Below, piece by piece: positions 48,101 to 57,699 of a DNA stretch of 64,000 bases. The notes below the pieces were generated by a model, which worked only from the letters and a program-made list of their open reading frames with translations, had not been told where the DNA came from and searched no databases. The stretch lies in the NCBI GenBank assembly GCA_030527925.1, contig JAUMZW010000001.1, forward strand, positions 93,455-157,454. The letters are read 5' to 3'. The position numbers and the translations under genes were made by a program. The DNA comes from Streptococcus sp. (lineage in GTDB: Bacteria > Bacillota > Bacilli > Lactobacillales > Streptococcaceae). The number at the start of each line of letters is the position of its first letter. Position 1 is the first letter of the stretch.

Positions 48101-50035
48101 CCGACAGGTGCCTTTCAAGTCTTTTTGCCGGATGACAACCAAGCCTTTTATGACCAGTATGTTCAAACAGGAACTTCTTTAGCTCTTTTGACCAAAATGA
48201 CGGTGAAAGATAGTCTCTATGGTCAAACTAAGACCTATACAAACAAGGCTTATCAAGTTGATTTTGGAAATGGCTATGAAACCAAGGAAGTGACCAACAC
48301 CCTTGTTTCTCCAGAACCCAAGAAACAAAACCTCAACAAAGACAAAGTGGACATCAATGGGAAGCCCATGCTAGTGAGAAGTCAAAATCACTATACTCTC
48401 TCATGGGACTTGGACCAATACCGAGGGATTAAAGCAGACAACACTCAGATTGCACAAGGTTTTTACTTTGTGGATGATTATCCAGAAGAAGCATTATTGC
48501 CGGATGAAGCAGCTATTCAGTTTATCACATCTGATGGCAAAACAGTTTCAGGAATCACGGTGAAGTCTTATTCTCAATTATCAGAAGCTCCTAGAACGCT
48601 ACAAGCAGCCCTTTCCAAACAAAAAATTCAGCCTAAAGGAGCTTTTCAAGTTTTCATGCCTGAAGACCCACAAGCCTTTTATGAATCTTATGTGACCAAG
48701 GGGGAGAATATTACCATTGTCACTCCGATGACGGTTTTGGAAACCATGCTTAATTCAGGGAAGTCTTATGAAAACGTGGCTTATCAGCTGGACTTTGGGC
48801 AAGCCTATGAAACCAATACGGTGACCAATTTTGTCCCTAAAGTAACTCCACATAAGTCTAATACCGATCAAGAAGGTATTTCAATTGATGGAAAGACTGT
48901 TCTTCCGAATACGGTCAATTATTACAAAATTGTCTTGGATTACAGTCAATACAAGGACATGGTCGTGACGGATGATGTTCTTGCCAAGGGATTTTACATG
49001 GTAGACGATTACCCAGAAGAAGCCCTTACCCTAAATCCTGATGGCATTCAAGTTTTGGATAAGGATGGCAATCGTGTATCTGGTATCTCTGTCAGCACAT
49101 ACGCTAGTTTGTCAGAAGCTCCGAAAGTCGTCCAAGATGCCATGGCTAAACGTCAGTTTACACCTAAAGGAGTCATTCAAGTTCTTTGTAGCGATGATCC
49201 AAAAGCCTTTTATGAGACCTATGTGAAGACTGGTCAAACCTTAGTTGTCACGCTTCCGATGACTGTTAAAAATGAGTTGACCAAAACAGGTGGTCAGTAT
49301 GAAAATACAGCCTATCAGATTGATTTTGGCTTGGCCTATGTCACGGAAACAGTAGTTAATAATGTTCCAAAATTAGACCCACAAAAAGATGTGGTGATCG
49401 ACTTGTCTCATAAGGATGACAGCCTTGATGGTAAAGAAGTGGCCTTGAATCAAACCTTTAACTATCGCTTGGTTGGAGCATTGATTCCAAGCAATCGTGC
49501 GACTGATTTATTTGAATATGGTTTTGAAGATAACTATGATGAAAAGCATGATGAGTATAATGGTGTTTATCGCAGCTATCTGATGACGGATGTCATCCTC
49601 AAAGACGGTTCTGTCTTAAAAGAGGGGACAGAAGTCACGAAATATACCTTGCAACAGGTGGATACAGAAAATGGCCTAGTGTCAATTTCATTTGATAAAT
49701 CCTTCTTAGAGACTATCTCTGATGATTCAGCCTTTCAGGCAGATGTTTACCTTCAAATGAAACGGATTGCGTCTGGTCAGGTGGAGAATACCTATCTCCA
49801 TACAGTGAATGGCTATGTCATCAGTTCAAATATAGTTGTAACACATACACCTCAACCTGAAGAACCAAGTCCAAATCAACCCACACCACCTCAACCACCA
49901 ATTGAGACTATTGAACCGCCTGTTCCAGCAAGCATTTTGCCAAATACAGGGGAACAGGAATCCCTTTTGGGCTTGATTGGAGCTGGTATTCTACTTGGTA
50001 CGGCTTATGGACTGAAGAAAAAGGAGGAGAAGTAG
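45140..50035 (+). CDS. Antigen I/II-family (SspB/PAc/BspA/AspA-like) LPXTG-anchored surface adhesin.
   Basis: 1631 aa. YSIRK-type signal peptide, alanine-rich heptad A-region (about 45.6-46.3 kb), proline-rich PxxP region (about 47.09-47.30 kb), three tandem C-terminal domains each containing GF(F/Y)xVDDYPEEAL, then LPNTG, a hydrophobic stretch and a KKKEEK tail. Confidence 0.8.
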   Translation: MTKTCNHHFLVNQEKGEKHVFRKSKKHRTLCSVALGTMVTAVVAWGGTVASADEVTTSVDTTIQRTENPATNLSEAQPTPVSEQTESLVSTGQSNGAIAVTVPHDTVTQAVEQAKAEGVSTVEDSPTDLGNTTSATETNQQISKAEADAQNQVEAINEVTETYKADKAAYVDEKARIEQENKELSQAYEGANQTGKETNTWVDTKVKDLKSQYADADVTVKEQVVSSGNGTSELDYTNYGKAVETIQSTNEQAVADYLTKKTKADDIVAKNQVIQKENEAGLAKAKADNEAIEKRNQAGQAAVDSENRAGQAAVDQANQEKQQLVSDRAAEIEAITKRNQEKEAAARKENEAIDAYNTKEKERYQRDLAEISKGEEGYISEALAQALNLNNGEPQAQHGAIIRNPDQIISTGDALLGGYSRILDSTGFFVYDSFKTGETLSFNYQNLQNARFDGKKISRVTYDITNLVSPAGTDAVKLVVPNDPTEGFIAYRNDGNGDWRTDKMEFRVVAKYFLEDGSQVTFSNEKPGVFTHSSLNHNDIGLEYVKDSSGKFVPINGSTVQVTNEGLARSLGSNRASDLNLPEEWDTTSSRYAYKGAIVSTVTSGNTYTVTFGQGDMPQNVGLSYWFALNTLPVARTVTPYSPKPHVTVELEPIPEPITVTPDVFTPKTFTPEKPVTFTPKPLDELVQPSLTLTKVTLPVKPIPKELPTPPQVPTVHYHAYRLTTTPEIMKEVVNSDQANLHEKTVAKDSTVIYPLTVDALSPNRAQTTSLIFEDYLPAGYLFDKETTQKENGNYVLSFDETKNFVTLTAKENLLQEVNKDLTKVYQLTAPKLYGSVQNDGATYSNSYKLLLNKGTTNAYTVTSNVVTVRTPGDGETTTLITPDKNNENADGVLINDTVVALSTTNHYRLTWDLDQYKGDQSAKETIARGFFFVDDYPEEVLDVVENGTAVTTLDGQKVSGITVKNYASLNEAPKELRDKFARAKTTPTGAFQVFLPDDNQAFYDQYVQTGTSLALLTKMTVKDSLYGQTKTYTNKAYQVDFGNGYETKEVTNTLVSPEPKKQNLNKDKVDINGKPMLVRSQNHYTLSWDLDQYRGIKADNTQIAQGFYFVDDYPEEALLPDEAAIQFITSDGKTVSGITVKSYSQLSEAPRTLQAALSKQKIQPKGAFQVFMPEDPQAFYESYVTKGENITIVTPMTVLETMLNSGKSYENVAYQLDFGQAYETNTVTNFVPKVTPHKSNTDQEGISIDGKTVLPNTVNYYKIVLDYSQYKDMVVTDDVLAKGFYMVDDYPEEALTLNPDGIQVLDKDGNRVSGISVSTYASLSEAPKVVQDAMAKRQFTPKGVIQVLCSDDPKAFYETYVKTGQTLVVTLPMTVKNELTKTGGQYENTAYQIDFGLAYVTETVVNNVPKLDPQKDVVIDLSHKDDSLDGKEVALNQTFNYRLVGALIPSNRATDLFEYGFEDNYDEKHDEYNGVYRSYLMTDVILKDGSVLKEGTEVTKYTLQQVDTENGLVSISFDKSFLETISDDSAFQADVYLQMKRIASGQVENTYLHTVNGYVISSNIVVTHTPQPEEPSPNQPTPPQPPIETIEPPVPASILPNTGEQESLLGLIGAGILLGTAYGLKKKEEK
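47796..49390 (+). repeat. Three tandem repeats of about 540 bp each (about 47796-48332, 48333-48883, 48884-49390) encoding the AgI/II C-terminal domains.
   Basis: Repeated protein blocks HYxLxWDLDQYxG...GFYFVDDYPEEAL...VSGITVK.Y..LSEAP...KGAFQVF.P.D.QAFY..YV..G....V.PMTV...L...Y.N.AYQ.DFG. Confidence 0.6.
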
Positions 50036-50227
50036 ATGAATCCAAAAACTATTTATGAAAAGGATTCAGACCAAGATGGTTTGACAGATGCTCAGGAACT
50101 AGCTTTGGGAACCAATCTGCAGTCTGTTGACACAGATGGTGATGGTCAAGCTGATTTAGAAGAGCTACAATCTGGACATTCACCACTAGTCCCACAAAAG
50201 GAGTTGTGTGATGGCTTGGAACTTTGA
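50036..50227 (+). CDS. Mini-ORF of 63 aa with two thrombospondin-type-3-like Ca-binding motifs. Coding status uncertain.
   Basis: The ATG directly abuts the adhesin stop. DSDQDGLTDAQE and DTDGDGQADLEE both fit DxDxDGxxDxxE. No signal peptide. Confidence 0.3.
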   Translation: MNPKTIYEKDSDQDGLTDAQELALGTNLQSVDTDGDGQADLEELQSGHSPLVPQKELCDGLEL

Positions 50228-50762
50228 CACCATGAAAGAGGCTTTGTCTGAAATGGAGAAGGTCGATTACCAAGAGTTTATCAAAGCCTTTCTCTCTTTG
50301 GAATTAAGTATTTCTGATAGAACAATCCTCAATCAGGTTTATCAAGATTATATGGATGAGGATGACCTATCCTTGATTAGTGATGAGCTACGAGTTAAAG
50401 TGGATAGTTATCAGGATGAAGTACAGGCAGATATGACTGACATTCTGGAAAAGTTGTACCGAACAGGTGAATGCTCTAGTTTTATTATGGATTTAATGTC
50501 CTCAAATAGTCTCTCAGACACCTTGGAACAGTATGAGGTTTTGGATAGTGACGATTGTTCACCACTTAGCCTTGAAACCTTACAGGTCATAATTCAACAG
50601 GAATTGGTTATTTCCAGTCAGGATTATTTTGGAGATTTGGTTCACCTTGCCTTGCAAAAAGATTTACTAGACCAGAAAAGTCATTTCTTACAACACTATG
50701 TGGCAACTGTAATGGAAGGTATTCCACAAGAAAGAGACCAACGAGCCTTGGTCCTAGATTAA
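50208..50762 (+). CDS. Highly acidic hypothetical protein, a candidate DNA-mimic or anti-restriction factor. The start may be the ATG at 50232.
   Basis: 184 aa, strongly enriched in D/E with no hydrophobic segments. Followed by a terminator hairpin at 50767-50796. Confidence 0.4.
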   Translation: MMAWNFDTMKEALSEMEKVDYQEFIKAFLSLELSISDRTILNQVYQDYMDEDDLSLISDELRVKVDSYQDEVQADMTDILEKLYRTGECSSFIMDLMSSNSLSDTLEQYEVLDSDDCSPLSLETLQVIIQQELVISSQDYFGDLVHLALQKDLLDQKSHFLQHYVATVMEGIPQERDQRALVLD

Positions 50763-50810
50763 CACAAAGGGCTGAGAAAAACTCTCAGCCCTTTTAAAAT
50801 GGGAGGGAAA

Positions 50811-53800
50811 ATGAATCAAGAAGTCTTACTACAAATGATGAGAGCCACCATTCCTCGTGATAGAGCCCTGCTTGAGGCATTTTTATATTACCAAGCAGAG
50901 CATTTTGATGAGGAGTGGGATAGTCTTATTTGTCAGTTTATGAATAATAGGCAGGAATTCAAAAGTCCTGTTCAGGTACTTCACTTTGAGACAGATGTTT
51001 CAGCTTTTGTCCAGGCTAGTCCTTATGATACTGCTCATGATCTATTGACCTATACACAAGTATTCGGCCAAAATGGCCTCCAAAAACTTGACAAACTATC
51101 GCCGTCTGAAAAAGACTTGGTGATTGAAGTGGCCTTGTTCAATCTGGCCACTCGTTTTCAATTATTAGACTCAAATGGACACTACCAAACTATTTCACCA
51201 GATTCTCTATTACAAAAGAGTAGGGGAGCTAATTTGGTCAATGTTTATCGAGTGGCTAATAATTTAGCTGATCGGATTAGCCGAGATATTGAGCAGTTTC
51301 TCTTGACTTACGAGCCTGAGCTTGAAACGAGAGCTGATGAAACAGTTCTAGAAAATGAAGAAACTGTTGATGAGCACAAAGTGAGTAGTAATCAAGCAAT
51401 ATCTTTTCGAGAAGAGGGCTCTCTGGTTATTGCTAGTTTGGATGTAGATTTGTCCCAACTGGATATCCGAACTGGAAAAACAAATCATCTACCAGCCTAT
51501 GAAGAGTTATCTTTACGACGTAAATTTGAGATTCTAACATATTTTGACCATATTCGAAATGAACGTTCCAGAGTTCCAAGTTTTAGACGAGGTGATTTTG
51601 ATACTGAGATGGAAATGACATCAGTCTTTGATGGCGAGGAGTTACTTACCTATCTAGAGACTGATGGTAGTCCCTATGAGTTGAAAAGAACTTTGACTAG
51701 AGTCGAAGAAAAGGAATTAGAAAAAATTGGACAAGCCATTAGGATAGAAAATCAAGAAAAATTGACTCAAGTGGGGAATGAGCTATCTCAGTTTGACCCA
51801 GACCAAGTCGGTATTTTATTGGATGCGGCTGGTCGTTTTCGTTTAAAAAATGCGGACCTTGCTTTATTAGGTGGTTATCCCAAAGCCTCGGTAACTCAAC
51901 TAGCCTTTGCGACAGAACTACTCCAAATGGGACTAAGTCATGAAAAGGTTGAATTTTTCTTTGGTAGCCAGCTTTCCTTTGAAGTGCTACGACAAATTGC
52001 CTACGCCTTTTTACACGAAGAAATCAGCAGAGAAGATGCGGAACAATTTGAAAAAGATAAACGCAATCAGCCAGATTTAACGCTCAGAGATTGGAAGAGC
52101 AAGCTAGAGAAAGTTGAGGGAAAAGAAGTAGCTGATGAAGAATTCGCGGAAAATCCACTAGTCCAGAGAGTATTGGACACTTATCCTCTGGGGTCATTGG
52201 TTTCCTATAAGGGACAGGACTTTGAGGTCGTGTCGGTCAGCGATGCTCGATTGAATGGTTTGATTCGGATTGAGTTAGTCAATGATTTTTCGGATATCAT
52301 TGAACAAAATCCAGTTCTTTATGTGAGGACCTGGGAAGAAGTCAGTCAGGCACTTCATCAGCCAAAGGCTGAACCACAAACAGAGTTAGAAGAAGCGGAC
52401 CAAGAAATAAATCTTTTTTCATTTCTGGAAGAGGAGCCAGTTCAGAGCATTGGACTATTGGAACCAGATAGTTCAGAAAAAGGTCATAATGATACTGATC
52501 TTGAAGAATCAGATAGTCAAATTCCTGAAGAGGTAGTAGTCGAAACAATTCCAGAGATTCCAGTAATGGACTTTTATTTTCCAGAAGATATGACGGACTT
52601 TTATCCAAAGACTGCTAGAGATAAGGTTGAGACAAACATTGCGGCTATTCGTTTGGTAAAAAATCTAGAAGTAGAGCACCGCAATGCTACACCAAGTGAA
52701 CAAGAACTCCTTGCCAAATATGTAGGCTGGGGTGGACTAGCCAATGAATTTTTTGATGACTATAATCCAAAATTTTCTAAGGAACGAGAAGACCTGAAAA
52801 GCCTAGTCACAGATAAAGAGTATTCGAATATGAAACAGTCCTCTCTGACAGCCTATTACACAGACCCAGTCCTGATCCGTCAGATGTGGGATAAGTTGGA
52901 AAGAGATGGCTTTACAGGTGGCAAAATCCTAGATCCTTCCATGGGAACAGGGAATTTCTTTGCGGCTATGCCAAAACACTTAAGAGAAAAGAGTGAGTTA
53001 TATGGTGTGGAATTAGATACTATTACAGGAGCTATTGCCAAACACCTTCATCCCAATAGTCATATTGAAATTAAGGGCTTTGAGACGGTGGCTTTTAACG
53101 ACAATAGTTTTGATTTGGTGATTTCAAATGTGCCATTTGCCAATATACGAATTGCGGATAACAGATACGATAGGCCTTACATGATTCATGATTACTTTGT
53201 CAAAAAATCACTTGATTTGGTTCATGATGGTGGACAAGTAGCGTTTATCTCTTCTACAGGAACTATGGATAAGCGAACAGAAAATATTTTACAAGATATT
53301 TGTGAGACAACTGAATTTCTTGGAGGGGTTCGACTGCCTGATTCTGCCTTTAAGGCCATTGCAGGAACGAGTGTCACAACGGATATGTTATTCTTCCAGA
53401 AACACTTAGACAAGGGATATGTGGCAGACGACTTAGCCTTTTCAGGTTCTATTCGCTATGAGAAGGATAGTCGCATTTGGCTCAATCCTTACTTTGATGG
53501 AGAATACAATAGCCAAGTGCTAGGAACCTACGAGGTCAGAAATTTTAACGGCGGAACACTTTCTGTTAAGGGGACTAGTGATGACTTGATTGAAAGTGTT
53601 GAAGCAGCTCTACATCAAGTAAAAGCCCCAAGAGAGATTCATAGAAATGAAGTCATCATTAACCCAGATGTGTTGATTAAACAAGTCATTGATACCTCCA
53701 TTCCAGTTGAAATGAGGGAGAATCTGGGTCAGTACAGTTTTGGTTACCAGGGTGCTACGGTCTACTATCGAGATAATAAAGGCATTCGAGTGGGGACCAA

Positions 53801-56800
53801 GACGGAAGAAATCAGTTACTATGTCGATGAAGATGGTAACTTCAAAGCCTGGGACACCAAGCATTCCCAAAAGCAGATTGATCGCTTTAATGCCTTAGAA
53901 GTAACTGATAGCACTGCTCTAGATGTTTATGTTACAGATGATGCAGCCAAACGTGGTCAGTTTAAAGGGTTATATAAAAAGACAGTTTTCTATGAAGCTC
54001 CCTTATCTGAGAAAGAAGTAGCACGAATCAAAGGAATGGTGGACATTCGTAATGCCTATCAAGAAGTCATAGCCATTCAACGCTATTATGACTATGATAA
54101 GGAGAGCTTTAACCACTTGTTAGGCAAACTCAATCGTACCTATGATAGCTTTGTCAAACGCTATGGGTATTTGAATAGTGCTGTGAACCGCAATCTTTTT
54201 GATAGTGATGATAAGTATTCGCTTCTTGCTAGTTTGGAAGATGAAAGTCTAGATCCAAGTGGAAAGTCTGTTATCTATACTAAATCCCTTGCCTTTGAAA
54301 AGGCTCTGGTGCGTCCTGAAAAAGAGGTTAAAAAGGTACATACTGCCCTTGATGCCTTAAATTCCAGCTTGGCTGACGGACGAGGTGTTGATCTCGATTA
54401 TATGATGTCCATCTATCAGGTTGATTCGAAGATGACTTTGATTGAGGAGTTAGGCGACCTCATTATGCCTGATCCTGAGAAGTATTTGAATGGGGAGCTG
54501 TCCTATGTTTCTCGCCAAGACTTCCTGTCAGGTGATGTCGTTACCAAGTTAGAAGTGGTGGACCTATTTGTGAAACAAGGCAATCAGGACTTTAACTGGC
54601 CGCATTATGCAGGACTTCTAGAAGCTATCAAACCAGCACGCATTACTTTAGCAGACATTGATTATCGAATCGGTTCACGCTGGATTCCTTTGTCTGTTTA
54701 TGGAAAATTTGCCCAAGAAACCTTTATGGGGAAAGGCTATGAACTGTCTGACCAAGAAGTAGCGACAGTCCTTGAAGTCAGTCCCATTGACGGGGTTATC
54801 ACTTACCAATCTAAGTTTGCCTACACCTATTCCAACGCAACGGATAGGAGTTTAGGTGTCCCTGCTTCACGCTATGATAGTGGTCGAAAAATCTTTGAAA
54901 ATATCCTGAATTCCAATCAACCAACGATCACAAAACAAATTGTCGAAGGGGATAAGAAAAAGAATGTGACGGATGTGGAGAAAACAACGGTCCTGCGTGC
55001 CAAGGAAACGCACCTACAAGAGCTATTTCAAGACTATGTGTCAAGGTATCCAGACGTCCAACAGATGATTGAAGATACCTATAATAGTCTCTATAATCGT
55101 ACAGTTTCTAAGGTTTATGATGGTAGCCATTTAACCATTGATGGACTCGCCCAGAATATTTCCTTACGTCCTCACCAAAAGAATGCCATTCAACGGATTG
55201 TGGAGGAAAAACGAGCCCTCCTAGCTCATGAAGTTGGGTCTGGAAAAACCTTGACCATGATCGGAGCTGGTTTCAAATTGAAAGAATTAGGGATGGTGCA
55301 TAAACCTCTTTATGTGGTTCCTTCTAGTTTGACTGCTCAGTTTGGTCAAGAAATTATGAAGTTCTTCCCAACCAAGAAAGTCTATGTGACCACCAAGAAA
55401 GATTTTGCCAAGGCCAAACGCAAACAGTTTGTATCACGTATTATCACAGGGGACTATGATGCCATTGTCATTGGGGATTCACAATTTGAGAAAATACCGA
55501 TGAGTCGAGAGAAACAGGTCACCTATATCAATGATAAACTCGAACAACTCAGAGAAATCAAGCTAGGAAGTGACAGTGATTATACGGTGAAAGAAGCGGA
55601 GCGTTCGATTAAGGGATTGGAGAACCAGTTGGAAGAACTCCAAAAACTGGAACGAGATACCTTTATTGAATTTGAAAACCTTGGCATTGATTTTCTCTTT
55701 GTGGATGAGGCTCATCACTTCAAGAATATCCGTCCAATCACTGGACTTGGGAATGTAGCTGGAATTACTAATACCACTTCAAAAAAGAACGTGGATATGG
55801 AGATGAAGGTGAGACAGGTTCAGGCAGAGCATGGTGATAGAAATGTCGTTTTTGCGACAGGAACACCAGTCTCAAACTCCATTAGTGAACTTTTCACCAT
55901 GATGAATTACATTCAACCTGATGTCTTGGAACGATACCAGGTATCCAATTTTGACTCTTGGGTTGGTGCTTTTGGGAATATCGAAAACTCTATGGAACTA
56001 GCCCCGACAGGTGATAAATACCAACCTAAGAAACGGTTTAAGAAATTTGTCAACTTGCCTGAACTCATGCGAATTTACAAGGAAACAGCAGACATTCAGA
56101 CTTCAGACATGCTTGATTTACCTGTACCTGAAGCCAAGATTATTGCGGTGGAAAGCGAGTTAACACAAGCTCAGAAATACTATTTAGAAGAACTGGTAGA
56201 ACGTTCAGACGCTATCAAGTCAGGTAGTGTTGATCCAAGTAGAGATAACATGCTTAAAATCACAGGTGAAGCCAGAAAATTAGCTATTGATATGCGGTTG
56301 ATTGACCCTGCTTATTCCTTATCGGATAATCAGAAAATCCTTCAAGTAGTTGATAATGTCGAGCGGATTTACCGTGAAGGAGCTGAAAACAAAGCCACTC
56401 AGATGATTTTCTCTGATATTGGAACCCCTAAAAGTAAGGAAGAAGGGTTTGATGTCTACAATGAACTTAAGGACTTACTAGTTGATCGAGGGATTCCAAA
56501 AGAAGAAATTGCCTTTGTCCATGATGCCAATACTGATGAGAAGAAAAACTCTCTCTCACGAAAGGTCAATAGTGGGGAAGTACGGATTCTCATGGCTTCT
56601 ACGGAAAAAGGTGGAACGGGTCTAAACGTGCAATCACGCATGAAAGCTGTCCACCACTTAGATGTTCCCTGGCGTCCTTCTGATATTGTACAGCGAAATG
56701 GTAGATTGATTCGTCAGGGAAACATGCACCAGGAGGTAGATATTTATCACTATATTACTAAAGGGAGCTTCGACAATTACCTCTGGCAGACACAGGAGAA

Positions 56801-57635
56801 TAAGCTCAAATATATTACGCAGATAATGACCTCAAAAGATCCTGTGAGATCAGCTGAAGACATTGATGAACAAACCATGACCGCCTCAGACTTTAAGGCA
56901 TTGGCAACTGGGAACCCTTATCTCAAACTCAAAATGGAGTTGGAAAATGAACTGACAGTTTTAGAGAATCAAAAACGAGCCTTTAATCGCTCCAAAGACG
57001 AGTATCGCCATACCATTTCCTATAGCGAGAAGCACCTCCCTATTATGGAAAAACGGTTGAGTCAATATGATAAAGATATTGCCCAATCTTTGGCAACAAA
57101 GTCGCAAGATTTTGTCATGCGATTTGACAATCAAGCAATGGATAATCGCGCAGAAGCAGGGGACTACCTGCGAAAACTCATTACCTATAACCGCTCAGAG
57201 ACCAAGGAAGTCAAAACACTTGCCAGTTTTAGAGGATTTGATTTAAAAATGACAACACGAGCTCCTAGTGAGCCCTTGCCAGAGACCGTTTCTTTGATGA
57301 TTGTAGGTGATAACCAATATACGGTCGCCCTTGATTTGAAATCAGACGTTGGAACTATTCAACGGATTAGTAATGCCATTGACCATATCCTGGATGACCA
57401 AGAAAAGACAGAAGAGCTGGTAAAGGATTTAAAAGATAAGCTACGAGTAGCCAAAGTAGAAGTTGAAAAAGTCTTTCCCAAGGAAGAAGATTATCAACTT
57501 GTAAAGGCTAAGTATGATGTTTTGGCTCCCTTGGTTGAAAAAGAAGCAGAGATTGAGGAGATAGATGCAGCTTTAGCCAAGTTTAGTGAAGATACAACAC
57601 CCCAAATGAAGCAACAAATAGCACTCGAGATATAA
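50811..57635 (+). CDS. Giant N6-adenine DNA methyltransferase / SNF2-family helicase fusion protein.
   Basis: 2273 aa from the ATG at 50811 (RBS gggaggg). MTase motif I ILDPSMGTGNFF (about 52.93 kb) and motif IV NVPFAN (about 53.13 kb). Helicase motif I HEVGSGKTL (about 55.23 kb), motif II DEAHHFKN (about 55.71 kb), motif VI QRNGRLIRQGN (about 56.70 kb). N-terminal about 560 aa uncharacterised. Confidence 0.85.
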   Translation: MNQEVLLQMMRATIPRDRALLEAFLYYQAEHFDEEWDSLICQFMNNRQEFKSPVQVLHFETDVSAFVQASPYDTAHDLLTYTQVFGQNGLQKLDKLSPSEKDLVIEVALFNLATRFQLLDSNGHYQTISPDSLLQKSRGANLVNVYRVANNLADRISRDIEQFLLTYEPELETRADETVLENEETVDEHKVSSNQAISFREEGSLVIASLDVDLSQLDIRTGKTNHLPAYEELSLRRKFEILTYFDHIRNERSRVPSFRRGDFDTEMEMTSVFDGEELLTYLETDGSPYELKRTLTRVEEKELEKIGQAIRIENQEKLTQVGNELSQFDPDQVGILLDAAGRFRLKNADLALLGGYPKASVTQLAFATELLQMGLSHEKVEFFFGSQLSFEVLRQIAYAFLHEEISREDAEQFEKDKRNQPDLTLRDWKSKLEKVEGKEVADEEFAENPLVQRVLDTYPLGSLVSYKGQDFEVVSVSDARLNGLIRIELVNDFSDIIEQNPVLYVRTWEEVSQALHQPKAEPQTELEEADQEINLFSFLEEEPVQSIGLLEPDSSEKGHNDTDLEESDSQIPEEVVVETIPEIPVMDFYFPEDMTDFYPKTARDKVETNIAAIRLVKNLEVEHRNATPSEQELLAKYVGWGGLANEFFDDYNPKFSKEREDLKSLVTDKEYSNMKQSSLTAYYTDPVLIRQMWDKLERDGFTGGKILDPSMGTGNFFAAMPKHLREKSELYGVELDTITGAIAKHLHPNSHIEIKGFETVAFNDNSFDLVISNVPFANIRIADNRYDRPYMIHDYFVKKSLDLVHDGGQVAFISSTGTMDKRTENILQDICETTEFLGGVRLPDSAFKAIAGTSVTTDMLFFQKHLDKGYVADDLAFSGSIRYEKDSRIWLNPYFDGEYNSQVLGTYEVRNFNGGTLSVKGTSDDLIESVEAALHQVKAPREIHRNEVIINPDVLIKQVIDTSIPVEMRENLGQYSFGYQGATVYYRDNKGIRVGTKTEEISYYVDEDGNFKAWDTKHSQKQIDRFNALEVTDSTALDVYVTDDAAKRGQFKGLYKKTVFYEAPLSEKEVARIKGMVDIRNAYQEVIAIQRYYDYDKESFNHLLGKLNRTYDSFVKRYGYLNSAVNRNLFDSDDKYSLLASLEDESLDPSGKSVIYTKSLAFEKALVRPEKEVKKVHTALDALNSSLADGRGVDLDYMMSIYQVDSKMTLIEELGDLIMPDPEKYLNGELSYVSRQDFLSGDVVTKLEVVDLFVKQGNQDFNWPHYAGLLEAIKPARITLADIDYRIGSRWIPLSVYGKFAQETFMGKGYELSDQEVATVLEVSPIDGVITYQSKFAYTYSNATDRSLGVPASRYDSGRKIFENILNSNQPTITKQIVEGDKKKNVTDVEKTTVLRAKETHLQELFQDYVSRYPDVQQMIEDTYNSLYNRTVSKVYDGSHLTIDGLAQNISLRPHQKNAIQRIVEEKRALLAHEVGSGKTLTMIGAGFKLKELGMVHKPLYVVPSSLTAQFGQEIMKFFPTKKVYVTTKKDFAKAKRKQFVSRIITGDYDAIVIGDSQFEKIPMSREKQVTYINDKLEQLREIKLGSDSDYTVKEAERSIKGLENQLEELQKLERDTFIEFENLGIDFLFVDEAHHFKNIRPITGLGNVAGITNTTSKKNVDMEMKVRQVQAEHGDRNVVFATGTPVSNSISELFTMMNYIQPDVLERYQVSNFDSWVGAFGNIENSMELAPTGDKYQPKKRFKKFVNLPELMRIYKETADIQTSDMLDLPVPEAKIIAVESELTQAQKYYLEELVERSDAIKSGSVDPSRDNMLKITGEARKLAIDMRLIDPAYSLSDNQKILQVVDNVERIYREGAENKATQMIFSDIGTPKSKEEGFDVYNELKDLLVDRGIPKEEIAFVHDANTDEKKNSLSRKVNSGEVRILMASTEKGGTGLNVQSRMKAVHHLDVPWRPSDIVQRNGRLIRQGNMHQEVDIYHYITKGSFDNYLWQTQENKLKYITQIMTSKDPVRSAEDIDEQTMTASDFKALATGNPYLKLKMELENELTVLENQKRAFNRSKDEYRHTISYSEKHLPIMEKRLSQYDKDIAQSLATKSQDFVMRFDNQAMDNRAEAGDYLRKLITYNRSETKEVKTLASFRGFDLKMTTRAPSEPLPETVSLMIVGDNQYTVALDLKSDVGTIQRISNAIDHILDDQEKTEELVKDLKDKLRVAKVEVEKVFPKEEDYQLVKAKYDVLAPLVEKEAEIEEIDAALAKFSEDTTPQMKQQIALEI

Positions 57636-57646
57636 GAAACATACTA

Positions 57647-57694
57647 AGATTAGTAGTGAAGAAAAGTTCGACGGAACCGCTCTTCACTACTTTT
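57647..57694 (+). terminator. Terminator after the MTase-helicase gene.
   Basis: agtagtgaag-(20 nt)-cttcactact 10-bp stem followed by TTTTTT. Confidence 0.55.
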
Positions 57695-57699
57695 TTCAT

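Noticed and set aside
47796-49390. Considered whether the periodic about 540-bp structure could be a CRISPR or satellite array.
   Set aside because: Repeats are long, diverged, and in-frame coding for AgI/II C-domains. There are no short direct repeats with unique spacers anywhere in the window.
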